Shown: positions 5,633 through 11,673 of the stretch, piece by piece
Layout: every line of letters starts with the position of its first letter
Numbering within the stretch: position 1 is the first letter of the stretch
DNA from: a virus
Taxonomy: Duplodnaviria > Heunggongvirae > Uroviricota > Caudoviricetes
Strand: one strand, 5' to 3'
Virus record (IMG/VR): IMGVR_UViG_3300047550_004303
DNA: 11,673 nucleotides
Notes under the pieces: generated by a model
Database searches by the model: none
Told to the model about the DNA's origin: nothing
What the model saw: only the letters and a program-made list of their open reading frames with translations
Program-made: the position numbers and the translations under genes

Positions 5633-6505
5633 TTATCTTTGTGTAATACTGTCTATTATAAATCCACCATTAGCAGGTACAGTTCCGTCATTCATTTGAA
5701 CTAATCTATTTTCACCTGGTTTAGTTATGGGACTTAAAGTTTTGTCGTAATTAGCTTCTAATCCAAATCCTGTTACTATGTTTTGTGGATCTTGACCATC
5801 CATTGCACCTTGATTATATATTACAGTTTCATAACCTATGTTCATACCAATTTCCATTGTTCCCCCACCTTCACTATAATTATATGTATCATGATTTAAT
5901 CTATTGATTATAGGATTTACTAATGTATATGAGGTAAATTTGTGTTGATTGAATCCAAAAATTGTAATATATTTGAAAAACGCTTTTTTAAAGGCCGATT
6001 GCGTTGTTGTTTCACCGATATAACCCCAACTTGTACTGTCATTTATATCAGGTGAATAAATGTTTTTTCTACTTTCAGGAGTTGTAGTTGCACTTTCAGG
6101 TGGAGTATATCCTCTACTACCAATGAATTGCATATTTTTATAATTCAAACTATCTTTGTAATAGTATGTGTAATACTGATTCCATAATCCTGTTATTAAA
6201 TTACTACTGTCGTCATGGAATATAATATCAATATTTTCGTATTTTATTTTAGTTTGTACTATTCTTTTGCGGTTATATTGATTTAATTCTTGTGTAGTTA
6301 CTTGAAAACTAGGCAATTTAACTGTTTTTACTAAAACACCAAATGGCTGGTCAGACGCTAAAGGCCCCAGTGTACCGTTGTTGTACGAATTTTCATTTAA
6401 TGCAAAATATACATGAAATAAAAATTTAAGTTTGGGTGCCTTAGCATAATTACCGCCCCTAAATATTTTAGAGGCGTGTGTAAAATCACGTAATGTAATT
6501 GTCAT
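5633..6505 (-). CDS. Tail-tube-fold protein (gp19 paralogue; gp54/gp48-like tube initiator or baseplate junction)
   Basis: Tube-family motif pattern PKLKFLF..VKTVKLPSF..LNQYNRKR..TKIKYENIDIIFHDD..W..YY and L.NP.I....HDTYNY....MEI.M.IGYE. It directly follows the tube gene. Confidence 0.7.
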   Translation of the reverse strand: MTITLRDFTHASKIFRGGNYAKAPKLKFLFHVYFALNENSYNNGTLGPLASDQPFGVLVKTVKLPSFQVTTQELNQYNRKRIVQTKIKYENIDIIFHDDSSNLITGLWNQYYTYYYKDSLNYKNMQFIGSRGYTPPESATTTPESRKNIYSPDINDSTSWGYIGETTTQSAFKKAFFKYITIFGFNQHKFTSYTLVNPIINRLNHDTYNYSEGGGTMEIGMNIGYETVIYNQGAMDGQDPQNIVTGFGLEANYDKTLSPITKPGENRLVQMNDGTVPANGGFIIDSITQR

Positions 6506-6520
6506 TATTTTGTAGTGGTA

Positions 6521-7129
6521 TTAAGCCCCGTCACCTGTAGCAGTACCTAAATCAGAACCTCTAGCCGGTTGAAATTCTTCACTTATTCCGCCGCCTACTG
6601 TTTGTATTGCATTATCATATTGAACAGTAAGTGCAATAAGTACAGCTTCACTTGTACCATAATTTACTGTGTTGTAGTTAACGGCAGTCAAAAAACAACC
6701 TTCAAGATCCCATTCTTCAAGTACGCCTGGATTAAATGCACCATTTGCACCATCTAGCATTTGTAACTTGAGTCTAAATTTATAATCCGCCCCTGCTCTT
6801 GCACCTGATTGCTCTAACATATCTAACTGTGCTTGAACCTGTGCACCTACTTGTTTAGTAACTCCACCTTCAATATCATCACGTAAGTTTATTGACATGG
6901 TAGCCCATGTATGTTTACCTGCTATATAAACTGTAGAGTTATAAACTGGTAAATTAATTGTCTGAAAAGTTAAACTGGGTCTAGAACAATCAACTACTTG
7001 CCTTGTCAATACTGCTGTTTCTCCGCCACCAAAATTTTCAAAAACAAGCCTAAACCTATATTGTAATTTAGGCATCAAAAGAGTTTGATTGCCGTCACTG
7101 CCAACTGATAAATTCTTTAAATTTGCCAT
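6521..7129 (-). CDS. Tail tube protein (T4 gp19-like)
   Basis: Motifs LLMPKLQYRFR, RP, YNSTVYIAGKHTW..M.INLRDD, W.LEGCF...VNY..VNY and L.VQYDNA. 202 aa, immediately downstream of the sheath, SD AGGAGA. Confidence 0.9.
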   Translation of the reverse strand: MANLKNLSVGSDGNQTLLMPKLQYRFRLVFENFGGGETAVLTRQVVDCSRPSLTFQTINLPVYNSTVYIAGKHTWATMSINLRDDIEGGVTKQVGAQVQAQLDMLEQSGARAGADYKFRLKLQMLDGANGAFNPGVLEEWDLEGCFLTAVNYNTVNYGTSEAVLIALTVQYDNAIQTVGGGISEEFQPARGSDLGTATGDGA

Positions 7130-7148
7130 ATTAGTTATCTCCTAATTT

Positions 7149-7156
7149 TATTTATC
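7149..7156 (-). promoter_or_regulatory. Late promoter GATAAATA for the tail tube operon
   Basis: Intergenic, 19 nt upstream of the ATG at 7129, with SD AGGAGA at 7143-7138. Confidence 0.8.
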
Positions 7157-7160
7157 ACAT

Positions 7161-7188
7161 ATAGAATGGGCTGTTACGCCCATTCTAT
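7161..7188. terminator. 11-bp stem hairpin ATAGAATGGGC-TGTTAC-GCCCATTCTAT at the sheath stop codon; terminator or RNA stability/processing element
   Basis: Perfect inverted repeat 7161-7171/7178-7188. The U-tract on the minus strand is weak. Confidence 0.65.
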
Positions 7189-10100
7189 TATAATGCTGCT
7201 ATTTCTCCTGTGTTGAGAATTCTTACTGGTATGTAAATAAATTCAACAGCTTTAACCGGTTCAATTGCAACATCTACCCACAATTCATTTCTATCAATTC
7301 TTGCAGGCGTATTGTTTGATTCATCGCATATCACCAAATAATCATAGATACCACGTTTTGATTGTGTATCTAACATTAGAGTTGATATAACTCCTGAAAT
7401 TTGTCCACGAGTTAATGAATCATTTGGTTCGAAGATAAACGGTCTTGCAGCAATAGTCAATTGTCTTCTTAAGTAAGCAATCAATCTTGCAACGTTTGTT
7501 CTATCCAATGCACTCTGTGAGTTGAAACTGGTCTTGTTGCCAAAATTCAACAAACCTTGACCAGTAAAGAATACTAATGGGTTGATAAAGTTTGTATACA
7601 ATACATCTCTGATTCCCAAACTAGTTCTTACTACCTGGAATTCACCAGTTTGACGATTGACATATCCAATATTTGTAGCATTGTCAATTAAACCTCTACG
7701 TGTACCTGCTGCTGCAAACCAAGGATAAGCAATACTGTCATTTCTGATGAATGTTCTTAACATCATATGTGATGCAGGAACAGCAACTAAATTACCACTT
7801 AAATCACTTGCTATTCCACTTGGATAGAAGAGACCTAAATATGTATTTCTTGTTACTAATCCATCTTCACCTGTACTTGTTGCACCAGCAGTGTTATTAG
7901 CCCAAGCAGAAATTGCAGTTGCGTTATCAGCTAATCCCATTGGGGTATCGCCGATAATATAACCTGTTTCACCTCTGTCAGCATTCAATACAACCATGTT
8001 AGGTTGAAGTTCTGGATAGTTAGGTGCTGCTAGTAAGTTGAAGAATACATCTTCATCTCTAATAGTAACGTTAGTATCAATTGTTGCTCTCATTGCTTCA
8101 ACAACCATTGCTCTTTGAGCCTTACGACCCATATAAGGAGCACCATTAGATTGTAATCCACTTACGCTTACCCATGTGTATGGGAACTCAGGTAAGTTAG
8201 CAGTATTAGTTGGATCACCTGCATCAAATGCACCTGCGTCAGGGAAGTTTGCATTGTTGAAATAATTTGAGTTAAATTCTTTCACATTATAACCTGATCT
8301 ACGTGTGTTGAATAACAACATTCCAGTTGGATACAAACTTACATCTAGAACATCTAAATCAACATAATCACTTGTTAGCAAGCTTTTTATTGTTGGGATA
8401 GGATCATCTACTGGATTTATTGCACCAGATGATGACCAACGTGCATCAGCAAATACTATTCCACTTGGATTAGTTTGGTCGGTATTATCAATTAAAACCC
8501 ATTGATCTACACCATCAGCTTGTTGCCAACGATAAATGATTGGATAGTTATCTAGATCACTTGTATCAATCCAAATATCACCATATACCAAATCAGTGCC
8601 ATCGCTCTGTGTTGTTGGTGCACTTGCAGTGACAATTGGACCGTTAGGATCTGTGCTGTTGCTTCCTGTTAATGGGAATCCATTAAGGTCATAATCTTGA
8701 TTTCTATAACCTCTCCAAGCGCCATCAAAATTTATCATGATGTCAACTTGATCTACTTCGCTGTAGAACCAATTTGTACCATTTGATGGTGTATTGACTG
8801 GTGCACCTTCATTTGCAGTATAAGCAAATTCTCTCCAGTTGCTTAGTTCTACTGCATAAAGATTATCTGGAGTACCACTTTCAAATGCGATACGTTGTAC
8901 GTTTCCAGATCCACCTACTTGTAATACTGTAGCTACTAAATCATTAGTAGTAGTTTCACCTCCCAAAAGAGATCCATCTACAGTAACACTATCACCAACT
9001 ACATAACCTGAACCAGCAGATCCGAAAGTATTTGCGTTAACAGTGTAATAACCATATCCTGATGCAATCGCAGTAATTGTTAAGCTACTACCAGATCCAC
9101 CTGTTGTAGCTACCGCAGCATATGTTGTATTAAAAGCATTATAGTTTTTGACACCATCAGTAGTACCAGCTACGAAACCGGCTAATTCTAATAATGCACT
9201 TGATCTACCTATTCCAGCACCACTAGTAATCTTATCACTGAGGATAATAGAACCACCTGCAGTATGTATCAACTGTATTGCACCATCAGTAGTTACATTT
9301 GCGTCTGTATAAGGAATACCTGCAGCCAACCATTGTGTTACAAAATCAGTTGCGTCACTTATTCCAGCAAGACCAGGAACAGTATATGTTGTAGATAATG
9401 AAGAAGAACCTGGAGTTGAAACTTGAGCGGTCAATTGATATACAGGTTGTGCAACACCAGTTCCTGAACCAGTAGCAGTAGCAACGAAAACTGTGTTTAG
9501 GTTGTTATCAGCCGCACCGCATGCTGTCCATGTTGTAGAACCTACTGTAGTAATTTTGTATGTTCTTCCGATTTCCAAATCAGCAGGAGCAACTGTAGCT
9601 AAGAAATCTGGATTTTCTACTGAACCAGTAATTACTGTGTCACCAGATGCAAATCTTTCCCATAGATAAACAGGAGCAGTTGGGAATAAATTGTTGTTGA
9701 AATTGTATTGACCGTAAACTGTACCTGCTGGTATAGCCTGTCCACCGGTCGAATCTAGCGCAGCAGTAGCAGCAGCATCGCTTACTGCTAAAGATACTGT
9801 TTTGTTTTGCCAAGAAACTAAAGTACTATCCCATTCAGCCACAACTGGAGCTAAACCAGATCCACCTGCTTTTAACCAAACTGAGCCGTTTGGTCTAGAA
9901 TATGTTTGACCTGTTTGCCATAATGGTTGTTGAGCACTTGTTCCCCATTGAACAATTGGACGATAATAGTTAGTTGCAGCAGTAATACCCAAAGTAGCTA
10001 GTGGTGTACCTGAAGTGTTTGCAAAACTTAAATATCTTGGGGTGCTTACAGGAGATCCTGATGTTGGGGTATTAACTTCTGGGTAAGTCAAGAATACACA

Positions 10101-10955
10101 TAACTTACCATCACGAACTTCTGCTGTTAGATATGTCACAGCGAGGTTGTTAATGGCTGTAGCAACGGATTCGATATTTCCTGAAACTGCAACTGATAAT
10201 GAAACATCACCTGATAAACTGATAGTGAAAGTACCTGTTATTGTTCCAGTTGGAGCTTCAGTTCCTTGAACAGTTGGAACATCTACAGCCCAATCATCAG
10301 ATCCTAAAACTACCCAAACATTGTCTGTAGTCTTGTAAAAATATTGTCCTGCTTGTGCTGAAGCTGGAGCATATTCATTTATGTCTAACGCATTTACCGC
10401 ATAATCACCGATATTGCCGATGCTTGCTATAGGTACACTGCCTGATAATGAACCGCTATCAGTAATTACTATTGGGCTTTGTAGTGTAAATTTACCAGTA
10501 GTTTTGTTCCACTGATATATTCCCCATGTTGATGTAGTAGCATTTAACCAATAACTACCTGCATCAGGAAGACCTGATGGTCTGCTTGTTTGACCTACTA
10601 AACTTGCCAAATCAATATCTGCTCTCAAAACAAAGCAACGATTTGTTACGCCTAACAATGAATATGCTGCCAATAGACCATACTCATTGAGTTCATAACC
10701 TTGAATAGGTGTACCATTTGATGTCTGATAGAAAAATGGTGTACCATATAGTGTTACTAGATCACGTTGACTAGTTACTTCAAAAACTCTTCCTGCATTT
10801 GCTGCGGTTGTAGCAGCAGCAACACCCACACCATTGGGGTCTGCTTTATCTTGTGCAGTAGCAACTAATACGAATGGTACTGAATTTGTTGGAGCTGGTA
10901 AATATTGACTTTGGTCAATTACACTAACTTCTACGCCTGGTGATGTAAGGGCCAT
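7188..10955 (-). CDS. Contractile tail sheath protein (T4 gp18-like) with large insertions
   Basis: N-terminal MALTSPGVEVSVIDQSQY. C-terminal sheath core YPWFAAAGTRRG, INP, GNKT, SALDRTNVARL, FIFEPND, ICDESNNTPARIDRNELWVDVAIEPVKAVEFIYIP. SD AAAGGA. Confidence 0.95.
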   Translation of the reverse strand: MALTSPGVEVSVIDQSQYLPAPTNSVPFVLVATAQDKADPNGVGVAAATTAANAGRVFEVTSQRDLVTLYGTPFFYQTSNGTPIQGYELNEYGLLAAYSLLGVTNRCFVLRADIDLASLVGQTSRPSGLPDAGSYWLNATTSTWGIYQWNKTTGKFTLQSPIVITDSGSLSGSVPIASIGNIGDYAVNALDINEYAPASAQAGQYFYKTTDNVWVVLGSDDWAVDVPTVQGTEAPTGTITGTFTISLSGDVSLSVAVSGNIESVATAINNLAVTYLTAEVRDGKLCVFLTYPEVNTPTSGSPVSTPRYLSFANTSGTPLATLGITAATNYYRPIVQWGTSAQQPLWQTGQTYSRPNGSVWLKAGGSGLAPVVAEWDSTLVSWQNKTVSLAVSDAAATAALDSTGGQAIPAGTVYGQYNFNNNLFPTAPVYLWERFASGDTVITGSVENPDFLATVAPADLEIGRTYKITTVGSTTWTACGAADNNLNTVFVATATGSGTGVAQPVYQLTAQVSTPGSSSLSTTYTVPGLAGISDATDFVTQWLAAGIPYTDANVTTDGAIQLIHTAGGSIILSDKITSGAGIGRSSALLELAGFVAGTTDGVKNYNAFNTTYAAVATTGGSGSSLTITAIASGYGYYTVNANTFGSAGSGYVVGDSVTVDGSLLGGETTTNDLVATVLQVGGSGNVQRIAFESGTPDNLYAVELSNWREFAYTANEGAPVNTPSNGTNWFYSEVDQVDIMINFDGAWRGYRNQDYDLNGFPLTGSNSTDPNGPIVTASAPTTQSDGTDLVYGDIWIDTSDLDNYPIIYRWQQADGVDQWVLIDNTDQTNPSGIVFADARWSSSGAINPVDDPIPTIKSLLTSDYVDLDVLDVSLYPTGMLLFNTRRSGYNVKEFNSNYFNNANFPDAGAFDAGDPTNTANLPEFPYTWVSVSGLQSNGAPYMGRKAQRAMVVEAMRATIDTNVTIRDEDVFFNLLAAPNYPELQPNMVVLNADRGETGYIIGDTPMGLADNATAISAWANNTAGATSTGEDGLVTRNTYLGLFYPSGIASDLSGNLVAVPASHMMLRTFIRNDSIAYPWFAAAGTRRGLIDNATNIGYVNRQTGEFQVVRTSLGIRDVLYTNFINPLVFFTGQGLLNFGNKTSFNSQSALDRTNVARLIAYLRRQLTIAARPFIFEPNDSLTRGQISGVISTLMLDTQSKRGIYDYLVICDESNNTPARIDRNELWVDVAIEPVKAVEFIYIPVRILNTGEIAAL

Positions 10956-11005
10956 AATTATTTCCTTTATGTAAAATTTTGAGGTTTACTACCTGTTTGT
11001 AATGA

Positions 11006-11013
11006 TATTTATT
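11006..11013 (-). promoter_or_regulatory. Late promoter AATAAATA for the sheath gene
   Basis: 50 nt upstream of the ATG at 10955, flanked by an 8-bp inverted repeat. Confidence 0.7.
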
Positions 11014-11059
11014 TGTTTATTACAAAAAGTCGGTATTACCGTGCCTTTTAAAGGTTTTA

Positions 11060-11067
11060 CATAAATA
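11060..11067 (+). promoter_or_regulatory. Divergent late promoter CATAAATA, 4 nt upstream of the ATG at 11072
   Basis: The + strand reads CATAAATA-TAGA-ATG. No SD is present. Confidence 0.65.
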
Positions 11068-11071
11068 TAGA

Positions 11072-11422
11072 ATGAATCTTAGGCCTATTTGCACAATCTG
11101 TAATAAAAATCACTGTGCTGTAAATTATCATAAAAATGATAAAACATATTACAGAAAAACTTGTGATGGTTGCGGTAGAATTTCAAAAAAATTAAAGGCA
11201 AGAAAACCCACTTGGACAAAAAGTGGGTACAAGAAAAAATCAAAATGTGATCTATGTGGGTTTAATTCATTATTTACATCACAGATTACAGTCTTTCATG
11301 TTGATGGTAATTTAGAAAACATCAACCACACTAATCTTAGATCAGTATGTTTGAACTGCATTGAAGTTATAAAACGAAAAGAAGTAAATTGGAAACGAGG
11401 AGACTTAGTAGTTGACCAATGA
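11072..11422 (+). CDS. Multi-CxxC zinc-binding protein with a degenerate HNH nuclease-like C-terminal domain
   Basis: CTIC, CDGC, CDLC and CLNC pairs. FHVDGNLENINHTNLRSVCLNC matches the HNH pattern H.DG...N....NL...C..C but lacks two usual ligands. Confidence 0.75.
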   Translation: MNLRPICTICNKNHCAVNYHKNDKTYYRKTCDGCGRISKKLKARKPTWTKSGYKKKSKCDLCGFNSLFTSQITVFHVDGNLENINHTNLRSVCLNCIEVIKRKEVNWKRGDLVVDQ

Positions 11423-11673
11423 TTCTATCTTAGAATAAAGGTCAGTAATCGTGCCATCATTATTGATGACATAATCATAAGGTAAATAAACACTACTAAA
11501 TTCACTGGTATGGATATTTAGCTCAGACAACTTTTGTAAGTTATCTTGATTAGTCAAATCTTTTGCATATTGATACCAATTTGGTTCTACACCACGTTCA
11601 ATTCTAACTGTGATCCCATCTAGATTTTTTAAACTATAAAACTCATTTGGAAATCTACAATCAGTAACAACAC
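11405..11673 (-). CDS. Deoxynucleoside monophosphate kinase (T4 gp1-like), 3' part only
   Basis: Hand translation: VVTDCRFPNEFYSLKNLDGITVRIERGVEPNWY...IHTSEFSSVYLPYDYVINNDGTITDLYSKIESLVNY* (TAA at 11407-11405). The DCRFPNE, HxSE and D.VI.NDGT..DL motifs are typical of phage dNMP kinases. Absent from the ORF track because it is truncated. Confidence 0.85.
   Translation of the reverse strand, partial: VVTDCRFPNEFYSLKNLDGITVRIERGVEPNWYQYAKDLTNQDNLQKLSELNIHTSEFSSVYLPYDYVINNDGTITDLYSKIESLVNY

Noticed and set aside
5629-5655. Programmed +1 frameshift fusing the 290-aa and 85-aa ORFs
   Set aside because: A P-site AGA could not re-pair on GAU, and I see no recognised slippery sequence. Translational coupling or an indel is simpler.
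4365-6757. + strand ORFs 4365-4565 and 6569-6757
   Set aside because: They are short antisense overlaps of the 157-aa and tail tube genes, with no supporting signals.
5633-10955. Bacterial contractile injection system, tailocin or T6SS
   Set aside because: Head-related genes, T4-type late promoters and a phage dNMP kinase flank the sheath and tube genes, which indicates a virus genome.
7188-10955. Intein or intron explaining the oversized sheath
   Set aside because: The ORF is uninterrupted, and I see no Cys/Ser...His-Asn splice motifs with LAGLIDADG blocks. The inserts look like Thr/Gly-rich structural domains.

Overview
AT-rich late-gene (virion morphogenesis) region of a large T4-like/jumbo contractile-tailed phage. 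It is not an ordinary cellular locus. On the minus strand, in transcription order, it carries: a very large tail sheath (1255 aa), a tail tube, a tube-fold paralogue followed by a short ORF that may be its split-off C-terminus, a hypothetical gene, a T4 gp4-like head-completion nuclease, a possible small terminase, a 204-aa protein that starts with a T4-type capsid-targeting sequence, an 801-aa modular low-complexity protein, and a (Gly-X-Ser)n fibre that runs off the left edge and is missing from the ORF track. At the right end a divergent Zn/HNH-like gene overlaps the 3' end of a dNMP kinase. Six intergenic xATAAATA late-promoter motifs and two hairpins organise the region. The most interesting signal is the 801-aa protein. 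It reads like a polyprotein of small modules separated by hydrophobic-X-Glu (prohead-protease-like) sites. One ~100-aa module sits in frame between perfect 15-bp direct repeats (AAGGTGTGGCGGAAG) that themselves encode the putative cleavage site GVAE. This suggests an exchangeable cassette system for loading and releasing small proteins in the capsid. All functional calls come from motif recognition by eye; no searches were run.
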